Part shown: positions 7,901-15,172 of the stretch, piece by piece
Layout of the letters: each line of letters opens with the position of its first letter
Position numbering within the stretch: position 1 is the stretch's first letter
IMG/VR virus record: IMGVR_UViG_3300025141_000081
Span: 1-63,365 of that record
Length of the DNA stretch: 63,365 bases
DNA from: a virus
Lineage: Duplodnaviria > Caudoviricetes
Direction: 5' to 3' (one strand)
The notes under the pieces: model-generated
Told to the model about the DNA's origin: nothing
The model's input: the letters and a program-made list of their open reading frames with translations, nothing else
Database searches by the model: none
Made by a program: the position numbers and the translations under genes

Positions 7901-10048
7901 TTCTTATTTGAAGTGCCCGAAGCTACACCAGGTGTGCCCGAAGTCCCACCTGAAGAGGTTGACGATAGTTCAGTCTCGCCCGAGGGAGAACAGCTTCCAG
8001 ATGAAGAGGCTGTTCCCAGTGGCGAACCTAGCTCCGGCGAAGAAGTATACGGCAATGATCTAGAAGATCGGTTGTACTTCATAGAAAAAGAAATTAAAGA
8101 GTTTCAGAAACAAGCCTATGGTAATGCCATGTATTTAGAAAGGCTTGCCGAAAAGGCAGATACATATGATAAGACAACCGAGGATACCGAAGCTGAACTG
8201 GAGAGGACAGCGTCCAACCTGAGGCGTACCAGAAGCGGAGAACTTGTGAGTGGAGACAAGGGCTTTGTTGTACCAAAACAAATGGCAAATGTGGTCCGAA
8301 GAGTAAAAACCCTGCAAGACGAATTAAAGAGCAGAGCAGAGAATAAAGAGGGGGCACTGAAGGAAGGCGAAGCAGCGAAAGCTGTTCTCGCAAAGCTTGA
8401 TGGACTCAAAAAAGAAGTCGAAGAGAGTTTTAAGAAGGGTTCCCCATTAACCAAAAAAGAGATTAGAGTAAGGCTCGGAAGGGCCACAGCGGCTACCAGA
8501 ACTGCCAGAAAACAACCTAAGTCGACAAGTGCTCGCCTTACCGCAACTAAAATAAAAGCTGCTGCTACTGCTCTAGACCCTAAGCGGTTCCCGAAATCTA
8601 AATCCTCCATGTCTGATGCGGACAGTTCTTTTCTAAAGAAAATGCATGAGAAATATAAAGGGAAACCCGATAACAGAAAAACAAGGGGAGACCTAGATTC
8701 AGACATTGGAGATTATCTACAAAATGACGGAGTCGATTTTGCTCCAGATAGCATGGACTTTGAAGGAGGGGACAGTGGACACGACCAAACAGGACTTGGA
8801 GACAGCGATTATGGTGAGGAATCTGGTGCGAAGGAATCAGAGGAAGAGTCGGAAGGAGGACTCACCAAAGAAACAATCCGTTCAAAAGTAGCTGAATTCT
8901 TCGATAAACACGGACTAGAAGACAGTTCAGACACGAGTGACGAAATGATAGAAGAATTTGAAGCAGGTGAGATAGAAAGTTTATCCGACTTAGAAACGAT
9001 GTTGGATGGAGTGTTGGAGTATAAAGATGAGGTAAAAGATGAAGAAGAAGGGAATCTAGAAGTCCCGGAAGAGGAGGCATATACAAGCGAAGCTCCAGAG
9101 ACTATTGAAGACACAAAACCCCCCGAGATGGACGAAGTCCCAGAAGTTCCTGTGGTTAACAGGCGTAGGGCTAGGAAACTCAATAAAACAGATGTTCAAT
9201 CTGAAATAGATTCCTACTTTAAAGAGATCAAAGATAAATACAAGGGGAAAAAGTCTGCTGATAGCGATAAAGTATTGTCCGAATTTAGAAAAAATTTGTT
9301 TAGGAATGGGATTACTAACGAAGATGGCAAAATAAAAGGGAAAGGCAAAAAGAGCGCTTTCACCGCCCAAGATCTGGAACAGAAATTAGAGTTGTCGAAA
9401 AAGGAAGCAGACGAGAGCTTTTCGGCCTCCGAGAGAGAGAAAAAAGTAAAAAATGCCTTCGCAGGTAATATCAATTCCATTGACTTGGTGTCCGAAAAGG
9501 GAGAGATATACCTAAGGACGACGCCTGTCAAAGGCAACTCTACTAAATTCTCCCTAAATCAAGAGGGTGATATTGCGACCGCTGTTAGAGAAGCCCAGTC
9601 TATCGGGAAACCAAGTGGAGAATCTGCCCTACTTAAGGCCCTTAATGCTTTCTCCGATGTTCCAGGAGGACTAAAAGACAGTGTCATCAATATTATTTCT
9701 GTCGAATATATTAAACAAATGAACACTGGCACTTTACCCAACGAAAGCCGTAAGAAAGTAAACCTATCCGACTTTAATGTAACAGATGTTGTCGGTGTGT
9801 TTGATGAGCAGATAGATATAACCCCCGAGGAAAGAGAAAAATACAAAAATTTAAAGCTTGACTACGCAGAATTTGCCACGCAACCTAAACGACAGAAAGG
9901 GATATTAAGGAAACTTTTGACTATGAGCGGCAAATTAAACTACGAAGATGCGATCGCACATTTAGAACCAATATACGGAACCAAAGACGAAAGTCTTGAA
10001 GAGGTCTTTAAGGTTTCTCGTGATTTACTAAGGAGGTTATTAGCATGA
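4943..10048 (+). CDS. 1701-aa acidic/low-complexity protein, putative internal head protein
   Basis: Long ORF with ATGA overlaps at both ends; Glu/Asp/Pro-rich linkers; several L-x-E motifs; no catalytic motif recognised. Confidence 0.75.
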   Translation: MNSKQLEKYLRNRTLIELKAHPLREQLTEDQLGQVALYLAKDDKLLKEGFFGTIGALLGGGMSETKRFLAKRVVSFLGIPSDHPLSQPLTDFITRLPTRDIYGMYRGNPRMRKKLVNVLSKATVDAFRREMPSIMGLKGGSLGGPITDAMVDVVSTKEFSQSVRKSFEDALINLPSSDAGDIEAMQQEIDIINNRVADAEQTLKQQAATSTELGKPKAQTGVDDPLKAADPTVDPTEVPADEVPADEVPPADEVPADEVPADEVPADEVPPAVPPAVPPATEDPTANEEPEAEQYYFHKVEGDIREFLGRVQEDLVGKDKQYNDLFVDKSNLKRIGKNLVPATRLFQPPSGPESWFRKLATETNRPLTDLKFKTAGGLQRKKDGYLRKNGTWKPPIPKTVVTLGLAKPEIAKAFYEAPTDNDKLEVLKAVLAAEQIGEIQKALVATANVEGSPESQAEAEGVPTPVPDEKDPIVDTTATVDAEGDVEIENTPVVQQKKGEPETAITERGLLEALGKTRLRSRNKEEFLKELLDKGGLNLEGVELVRYEKLTKDNNEDFWLFHESGDTAWLVPNTDSYNDVMRFYDADAPDPAMSLQKVIRLAKVRFPFTGNKEEIIQMGKVAKFGASLEPGAAATVDTEGDTYAAPTLGLTQGPGQTEDQITNAIINALTSAGPNGASINDIVRKTKSTPNIIRRVLDSLEDVELVKGRYKIKGEVEPDEVVPDGVVPDGVVQEYSQTLKEIIDNSMDPKEFANKFYTVKYHKSGKKKGKLSKSILNKKLFEKEVVQLDADAKVPIQTYIDTLYGLEKYFRLIGVHKDAFIPAKKEQLPDNANNKAKLINKIENLLEVSSNRIGRLLNEDKKSIISAIVSLEERNIRLNLEDGSMMVIPDVDLSGVEQPKFKSIGEYPGGFTSANVDWVKRKFSLEKGFVPGKTWGVDGEAEDKSVAGGLPPDLQKETLSFLSKLPIPDVTKSILDFSGEKGIFETFLFEVPEATPGVPEVPPEEVDDSSVSPEGEQLPDEEAVPSGEPSSGEEVYGNDLEDRLYFIEKEIKEFQKQAYGNAMYLERLAEKADTYDKTTEDTEAELERTASNLRRTRSGELVSGDKGFVVPKQMANVVRRVKTLQDELKSRAENKEGALKEGEAAKAVLAKLDGLKKEVEESFKKGSPLTKKEIRVRLGRATAATRTARKQPKSTSARLTATKIKAAATALDPKRFPKSKSSMSDADSSFLKKMHEKYKGKPDNRKTRGDLDSDIGDYLQNDGVDFAPDSMDFEGGDSGHDQTGLGDSDYGEESGAKESEEESEGGLTKETIRSKVAEFFDKHGLEDSSDTSDEMIEEFEAGEIESLSDLETMLDGVLEYKDEVKDEEEGNLEVPEEEAYTSEAPETIEDTKPPEMDEVPEVPVVNRRRARKLNKTDVQSEIDSYFKEIKDKYKGKKSADSDKVLSEFRKNLFRNGITNEDGKIKGKGKKSAFTAQDLEQKLELSKKEADESFSASEREKKVKNAFAGNINSIDLVSEKGEIYLRTTPVKGNSTKFSLNQEGDIATAVREAQSIGKPSGESALLKALNAFSDVPGGLKDSVINIISVEYIKQMNTGTLPNESRKKVNLSDFNVTDVVGVFDEQIDITPEEREKYKNLKLDYAEFATQPKRQKGILRKLLTMSGKLNYEDAIAHLEPIYGTKDESLEEVFKVSRDLLRRLLA
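5651..5782 (+). repeat. 15/18-nt coding tandem repeat (EVPAD/EVPPAD, then VPPA)
   Basis: gaagttcctgccgat units are directly visible. Confidence 0.95.
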
Positions 10049-10419
10049 AACTATCTGAAGAATCAATCAGAGAACTCGTGGAAAGTGAATTAAAAGAATA
10101 TTTCTCCCTCACTGGCCCTTCATTACCCACGGGGACAGGTGCAGTGCATTCTGAGATTGGCCCATTTTCTCAGTATGTTAGATCTGCAGCTGATATTTTA
10201 GATAGAATTCTATCTATTGTTAATGATGACTCAGCAGATTTAGAAAAGTTAGATGTTCAAGAATTTCTTTATACCTCTGTTCCTCGTTTGTTGAAGAAAA
10301 TCGATACACTTACCGATGCAATTGAAAAGAAGACAGGCTATAAAAAGTTATCCAAAACTAGAAGAAAACCATTAACACCCCCTCATGAGAGAAAAAAGAC
10401 AAAAATAAAGATAGGTTAA
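10045..10419 (+). CDS. hypothetical protein with MKLSEESIRELVESELKE leader
   Basis: Coupled ORF; the leader resembles others in this window. Confidence 0.7.
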   Translation: MKLSEESIRELVESELKEYFSLTGPSLPTGTGAVHSEIGPFSQYVRSAADILDRILSIVNDDSADLEKLDVQEFLYTSVPRLLKKIDTLTDAIEKKTGYKKLSKTRRKPLTPPHERKKTKIKIG

Positions 10420-10420
10420 T

Positions 10421-10651
10421 ATGCAAAGCTCTGACTCTCTCGGCGAGAACTCTTCATGTGACTTTGAGTGTGGCGATCTTGTTTCTTGGAAGAAATTGGG
10501 AGAAAAGACTAACATAGGCATGATATATGAAATATATAACGCACAGTTGGGTGGTAGGCAAATAAAAAAAGCTAGAGTTGCATCATTTAGAGATACATTC
10601 CACTATGAAGTCCTGGTTTTAGAATTAAATTTAGTTTCAAAAGCTAAATAG
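10421..10651 (+). CDS. small SH3/KOW-like beta-barrel protein
   Basis: FECGDLVSW...IGMIYEI pattern. Confidence 0.55.
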   Translation: MQSSDSLGENSSCDFECGDLVSWKKLGEKTNIGMIYEIYNAQLGGRQIKKARVASFRDTFHYEVLVLELNLVSKAK

Positions 10652-10664
10652 TAATGACTATTTA
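10645..10664 (+). promoter_or_regulatory. putative late promoter motif present as a perfect inverted repeat TAAATAGT-aatg-ACTATTTA
   Basis: 8-bp arms at 10645-10652 and 10657-10664. Confidence 0.55.
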
Positions 10665-10684
10665 TAGTGTTAAGGAACCTAAAC

Positions 10685-11986
10685 ATGAAATTTAAAGTTG
10701 TTAAACGTTGCCAAGAGGACCTTGACCCTATCCAGGGTCTCCTGAAAAGTTTTTTACCCTTTGCTCGGAAAAGAATGGAATTCAACAAGCCTCCAACTAT
10801 CTTCTTCCAATCGGACGCAAGAAACGCAGAAAGGTTACTTGGCAAAACGGCTCACTATGATCCAACCACTATGCATATAACACTTTATATTACGGGAAGA
10901 CATCCTAAAGACGTTCTAAGGTCCCTCTCGCACGAGCTAGTACATCATGGTCAAAACTGTAGGGGAGAGTTCGGAAAGACTCCTGACACGGCTCCTGGGT
11001 ACGCACAAACGGATGATCACTTAAGGGGTATGGAGGAAGAGGCCTATAAAGTCGGAAACCTATGCCTCAGAGATTGGGAAGATGGTATAAAAACAGGTAA
11101 AATACGCATATCTATGCCTCTCAAAGAAAGTTTAATGAGAGAGCAGGAGCCAGAAGAAGAGGATTTATATCAAGTTGTAGCAGGTGATACCCTGGCCGGT
11201 ATTTCGCAAAAACACTATGGCGATCTGCACAAGTGGCCTTTAATCTACAAGCATAACATTGATATTGTCGGTGGAGACCCAGATTATATTGAAGTGGGGA
11301 TGAAATTAAAAGTCCCTGAAGTCTCAGCCTGGAATTCTCTTTCCGATGCAGAAATAAAAAAGTTTTATTCCCTTAGCTCACACTATGGCGAAGAGGGGGA
11401 GATAAAATCAGTAAGTATGGAGGACTCACCAGTCTACTCTTCTGGAAATTATGTATTTCCGGTGGGTGGTGGCAGGATAACCAGCAGATTCGGAATGAGA
11501 GGCCCAATACACAAATTAGCTGCCGTTCATTGTGATAGAAACTCTGCTAAATATAATCCAAAGATGTGTAAGCGATATTCTAGTCCCCATAAACACGAAG
11601 GAGTAGACATTGGAGCCGCTATTGGAACTCCGGTAGTTGCCCCATTTGATGGAAAGATAATAAAGGTTAAAACTGGGAGTAAATCAGCAGGAAACTATAT
11701 TGTTCTCAAAACGAAAGAAGAGAGACCAATATTTCATACTTTTATGCATCTTGGGGATAATCTGCCGACTATTAACCAAGAATTTAAGTCTGGAGACGTA
11801 GTCGCTTATGTCGGAAGGACTGGGGCTGGAACGGGGGCTCATCTTCATTGGGAAACTTCTATGGGCCTACTCAGGAAGAAATTTGATCCCCTTAGCCTTT
11901 ATCAAAAACGATCATTACAAGAATGGAAAAATGCAGAGCTTAACAGACTTTTATTAGAAAAATTTAATTTAGGAGATAAAAAATGA
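10685..11986 (+). CDS. multidomain protein: zincin-like (HExxH) + LysM + M23 peptidase
   Basis: SLSHELVHH...EEEAY; LysM YQVVAGDTLAGISQKHYG...WPLIY...IEVGMKLKVP; M23 HEGVD...MHL...GAHLHWE. Start moved to the ATG at 10685, downstream of AAGGA. Confidence 0.88.
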   Translation: MKFKVVKRCQEDLDPIQGLLKSFLPFARKRMEFNKPPTIFFQSDARNAERLLGKTAHYDPTTMHITLYITGRHPKDVLRSLSHELVHHGQNCRGEFGKTPDTAPGYAQTDDHLRGMEEEAYKVGNLCLRDWEDGIKTGKIRISMPLKESLMREQEPEEEDLYQVVAGDTLAGISQKHYGDLHKWPLIYKHNIDIVGGDPDYIEVGMKLKVPEVSAWNSLSDAEIKKFYSLSSHYGEEGEIKSVSMEDSPVYSSGNYVFPVGGGRITSRFGMRGPIHKLAAVHCDRNSAKYNPKMCKRYSSPHKHEGVDIGAAIGTPVVAPFDGKIIKVKTGSKSAGNYIVLKTKEERPIFHTFMHLGDNLPTINQEFKSGDVVAYVGRTGAGTGAHLHWETSMGLLRKKFDPLSLYQKRSLQEWKNAELNRLLLEKFNLGDKK

Positions 11987-12180
11987 ATACCAAAGAGTGG
12001 AAACAAAATGAACTTAATCGTCTTTTGATGGAAAAGTTTAATTTAAAAGAAAAGGAAGAGGAAAAAGAGGAAGAATTGGATGAAGCACATCTTCATCCAG
12101 GCCAGAGTTGTGACGAGGCCCATGAGGGTATGGAACATGAAGATTATGCTAACAGCATAGCTATTAGGCTTGAGACGTAG
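11983..12180 (+). CDS. small acidic protein repeating the C-terminal motif of the previous gene
   Basis: KEWKQNELNRLLMEKFNL versus QEWKNAELNRLLLEKFNL; His/Cys patch HLHPGQSCDEAHEGMEH. Confidence 0.7.
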   Translation: MNTKEWKQNELNRLLMEKFNLKEKEEEKEEELDEAHLHPGQSCDEAHEGMEHEDYANSIAIRLET

Positions 12181-12190
12181 GGATTAAATT

Positions 12191-12388
12191 ATGCCTTCAC
12201 AAACAACCCCCTCTGAACATATATCTGACGACTATATCATTAATACTTCCGTAGTTGATAGGTTATCTTCACAGTACACTAGAGTAGGCGAGCAAGTCCC
12301 CATTTCCTTGGCGGTACCTGGCCCTAGGCACCTAAGGGGCAGAGCAACTTCTTATTCTCCGTCTTTAGGCAGTAAGGGCGAGAAGTAA
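12191..12388 (+). CDS. hypothetical protein
   Basis: Fills the gap between neighbouring genes; AGGGA upstream. Confidence 0.6.
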   Translation: MPSQTTPSEHISDDYIINTSVVDRLSSQYTRVGEQVPISLAVPGPRHLRGRATSYSPSLGSKGEK

Positions 12389-12395
12389 CTAATTA
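12388..12395 (+). promoter_or_regulatory. putative late promoter motif ACTAATTA
   Basis: Intergenic, upstream of the gene at 12416. Confidence 0.55.
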
Positions 12396-12415
12396 TACCA
12401 AGAGGCTTGATTAAC

Positions 12416-12727
12416 ATGAAAATAGATTTTAATGCAATGACAAGAAGATTTTTAATGGGTGAAGGAAGACAAGACATAAGTCCCAATGCCTTACTCCAAG
12501 CATTAAATGAAGTTTTGTCCACAATGAGGCCAGCAACTAAAAGAGATGAGAATAAAATTGCTGTCGCCAGGAAACACCTTCAAGAAATTACAAGGTCGTT
12601 TAGAAGGCTACAGGAACAAGTTAGCGTACTAGAAGAAAAATTGCAAATACTAGAAGAAACGTCGTTTATGTCTGGGGGAAATGTGGGGGGCTTTGCGGGC
12701 CCAATTGGAGATGAAGAAAATGAGTAA
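12416..12727 (+). CDS. coiled-coil hypothetical protein
   Basis: Heptads LQEQVSVLEEKLQILEE followed by a Gly-rich tail; GAGG RBS. Confidence 0.7.
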   Translation: MKIDFNAMTRRFLMGEGRQDISPNALLQALNEVLSTMRPATKRDENKIAVARKHLQEITRSFRRLQEQVSVLEEKLQILEETSFMSGGNVGGFAGPIGDEENE

Positions 12728-13583
12728 TATAGAAACTCTTAAAAAGGTGATAAACCACCTCTTAAAAGAAGATAAGTCTACAAGAAAAATGATGTTAAAA
12801 GAAGATAATAACCTTCTACGTTCATACCTTAGGCATTGTATATATGAAGTGAATCTTGAAATTAAGAATTATAATGAAAAAGAGAATTTAATTAGAGAAG
12901 CAGTTCGCAAGTTAATAATAGAAGCCGAGGCTACTGGGGGAGCACCAGAGGCTCCTTCGGATATAACAGCTATTAATTTCTTAAAGAACCTCCTTAAAAA
13001 TATCATCCCAAATCTTGAAGAAGATTATAAAGAACTCACCTCTGCTAAAAAACAAAGAGTTTCGTTTAGAAAGCATGTTTTAAATGCAACAGAAAATTTA
13101 CTTAATAGTCTTGATGCCGATCCAGAAGCTATTGAAGGTGAGATAGAAGAAATTACAATTAAAGTTGATAGTGAAAAACCTGAGGGCTTCATCGATATAT
13201 ACGGAGATGAGGATGATGACGAGCCAGAAGAAGAACTCCCTGCCGAGGAAGAGTTTGCTAAGGGTTTGGAAGCTAAAGAGTTAGACAAAACAGGAAGAAA
13301 CTCTGCCTATGAATCATTCAATAAAATCCAAAATCAAATTGAGAATGAATACTCTAAACTAGATGCAGACACTATAGTTGATGGGAGAGAGGAGACTGAG
13401 AGAGAAATATTCAGAGATTACCTACTTCTAAACCTCAAATTATATTTTGACAAGTTTGAAGAAGATATAACCCCTGACCTTGAGGAGCCTACAACCCCGT
13501 CTGAGGAGGAATATATTAAGGCAGGAGAAAGAAGAGAAGGTGGAGATGAACTAATACCTCCTGAAGAAGCACCAGGCATGTAG
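12720..13583 (+). CDS. acidic hypothetical protein, possible scaffold/head protein
   Basis: Repeated LLRSYLR/LIREAVRKLIIE helices and a very acidic C-terminal half; start at ATG 12720 after GGAG. Confidence 0.7.
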   Translation: MSNIETLKKVINHLLKEDKSTRKMMLKEDNNLLRSYLRHCIYEVNLEIKNYNEKENLIREAVRKLIIEAEATGGAPEAPSDITAINFLKNLLKNIIPNLEEDYKELTSAKKQRVSFRKHVLNATENLLNSLDADPEAIEGEIEEITIKVDSEKPEGFIDIYGDEDDDEPEEELPAEEEFAKGLEAKELDKTGRNSAYESFNKIQNQIENEYSKLDADTIVDGREETEREIFRDYLLLNLKLYFDKFEEDITPDLEEPTTPSEEEYIKAGERREGGDELIPPEEAPGM

Positions 13584-13955
13584 ATGGCCTGGAAGACTAA
13601 GGTTGATAGAAAGACTAAAACAAAATATTATAGTATAATTAATAAATTAACAAAAGAAAATAAAATTAACAAACAATTTGAATCTATGTTATCAAATTTA
13701 TCTTTAGAGGATATCATAGCTTTAAAGCTAGAACTCTCCACAAGACCAATAAAAAATCGACTTTATGGGTTGCCAATATGGGATAATCTTGTTAGAATAA
13801 CACAAGAAGCCGTGTTAAAGTATGCAGTATCAGCAACCCGTTCACAGGGTGAAGCAATGAGATTCTTAGGGTTGAAACACGTTCAGTTTAATAGATTAAT
13901 GAAAAAATACCAAATTGATTCATTTTTTAATGATTATGGTAAAGAAGAAATATGA
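13584..13955 (+). CDS. Fis-like helix-turn-helix DNA-binding protein
   Basis: C-terminal QEAVLKYAVSATRSQGEAMRFLGLKHVQFNRLMKKYQI resembles the HTH_8/Fis pattern (AL....GN...AA..LG.....L..KL.KY.I). Confidence 0.65.
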   Translation: MAWKTKVDRKTKTKYYSIINKLTKENKINKQFESMLSNLSLEDIIALKLELSTRPIKNRLYGLPIWDNLVRITQEAVLKYAVSATRSQGEAMRFLGLKHVQFNRLMKKYQIDSFFNDYGKEEI

Positions 13956-14111
13956 TATATGTATTTATCTATAACTATATAACTATATAGATATATATAT
14001 GAGATAGAATATAAGATTTTTTAGGTTCTATATCTCTAACGAACCTTGTTATCCTACCAAAGAAATAAAGATTCCAAAAAAGAGAAATATTATTTTGATA
14101 ACTAAAATAAA

Positions 14112-14163
14112 GTGAGGATAGCACAACGGCAATGCGAGTAAACCGTTTATCTCATTTTTTTTT
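14112..14163 (+). terminator. stem-loop followed by T9: intrinsic terminator or small structured RNA
   Basis: TGAGGATA pairs with TATCTCA (one bulge); inner AACGG/CCGTT stem; 9 T at 14155-14163. Confidence 0.5.
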
Positions 14164-14172
14164 AAAGCATAT

Positions 14173-14457
14173 ATGACTAAGAAAGAAGCTCTTTTGAAAT
14201 CACTAATATGGAGATTTGGTGTCTCAATACCAGTCTCTTTAATATTAAATTATATCTTTCTTGAAGAGATTTTTACTTCAGTAGTCCTAACTACATTAGG
14301 AGCTATAGTAGGAATAGTCTTTTATTATCTATTTGATTTGTTCTGGTTTAGTTACTTAGGGGGTGCTTTTGGTTTCGACGAGGTAATAGAAAAGAATAGT
14401 GCAAGCAGTCGTGATGACTTTAAAGATCAAACACTTGATAATTGCCAACAACAATAA
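14173..14457 (+). CDS. small two-TM membrane protein (DUF2061-like) whose 3' end overlaps the tmRNA
   Basis: LLKSLIWR...FYYLFDLFW resembles the DUF2061 pattern (K...WR...YY..ER.W); the last 99 nt lie inside the tmRNA. Confidence 0.6.
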   Translation: MTKKEALLKSLIWRFGVSIPVSLILNYIFLEEIFTSVVLTTLGAIVGIVFYYLFDLFWFSYLGGAFGFDEVIEKNSASSRDDFKDQTLDNCQQQ

Positions 14458-14714
14458 TCAATTTGAACTTGCTCTAGCAGCGTAGTTCATGGGGTCTCTG
14501 ATGACCTTATTTCCCTATATCAGATAGCAGGTAGACTCCTGCGAAAATAAAAAATCAAAAATGGTTACCCTGATGGTATTAGGTGGACTCAATGATCGTA
14601 AGAGTGGCTGGAACTCGATCATTTTTTGTCTATTTTGAAAAATAGAACAAGCTTGTGAATGACTTGAATTGGAAATTATTTCGGACAGCAGTTCGATTCT
14701 GCTCACCTCCACCA
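14359..14714 (+). ncRNA. ssrA: tmRNA (transfer-messenger RNA), tag ANNNNQFELALAA
   Basis: Acceptor stem GGGGGTG/CACCTCC with a G3:U pair, discriminator A and encoded CCA; GGTTTCGAC 5' motif; T-arm AGCAG-TTCGATT-CTGCT; pk1 (AGTC/GACT with TGAT/ATCA); GCAAGC/GCTTGT helix; ATAATT-GCC resume context; tag ORF 14444-14485; 356 nt. Confidence 0.97.
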
Positions 14715-14768
14715 CTTTTTAAGAGTCTAACATGAACCGCATATTGTGGCTGAAAACGGAACTACAAG

Positions 14769-14776
14769 ACTAATTA
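14769..14776 (+). promoter_or_regulatory. putative late promoter motif ACTAATTA
   Basis: Intergenic, downstream of the tmRNA. Confidence 0.45.
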
Positions 14777-14802
14777 CTACGACACTGCTGAGAAAATGAG
14801 GC

Positions 14803-14831
14803 TTGACAAAGCTTGGAAACAAGATTATATA
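14803..14831 (+). promoter_or_regulatory. sigma70-type promoter
   Basis: TTGACA-17 nt-TATATA upstream of the HNH gene. Confidence 0.55.
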
Positions 14832-15151
14832 TGGAAAAGAAAGGAACATATTCCATGTGTAAAAGATCTGAACGTAGAGAAGATACAAGAAGAAAGATGA
14901 TGGAATTTTATAAACTCCATCCTTGTATTGATTGTGGAGAATCCGATCCTAGAGTTTTAGATTTTGATCATATCAATAATAAAAAACATAATATTAGTAC
15001 ATTATTAAGAAAAGAATATTCTTGGGAATCCATTCTAAAAGAAGCAGAGAAGTGTCAGATTAGGTGTGCCAATTGCCATAGAAAAAAGACGGCTGTTGAG
15101 CAAAATCACTATACGAACAGAATGTTAAATGAGTTTTTTAATTCAAATTAG
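14831..15151 (+). CDS. HNH endonuclease (zinc-binding CxxC...DH...CxNCH type)
   Basis: CIDCGESDPRVLDFDH...KCQIRCANCHRKKT; exact start uncertain (14813, 14831 or 14855). Confidence 0.88.
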   Translation: MEKKGTYSMCKRSERREDTRRKMMEFYKLHPCIDCGESDPRVLDFDHINNKKHNISTLLRKEYSWESILKEAEKCQIRCANCHRKKTAVEQNHYTNRMLNEFFNSN

Positions 15152-15172
15152 CAGAAAAGGAGGGAATATAAA

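Noticed and set aside
14120-14150. SAM/SAH riboswitch (CACAACGGC match) or an intact tRNA
   Set aside because: The following UUCCUGGCGUG element is absent, and there is no anticodon arm, T-arm or CCA.
14515-14715. Minus-strand 66-aa ORF MVEVSRIELLS...
   Set aside because: Antisense shadow of the tmRNA 3' end.
14715-15172. Group I intron carrying the HNH
   Set aside because: The flanking genes are complete and the non-coding flanks are too short for an intron core.
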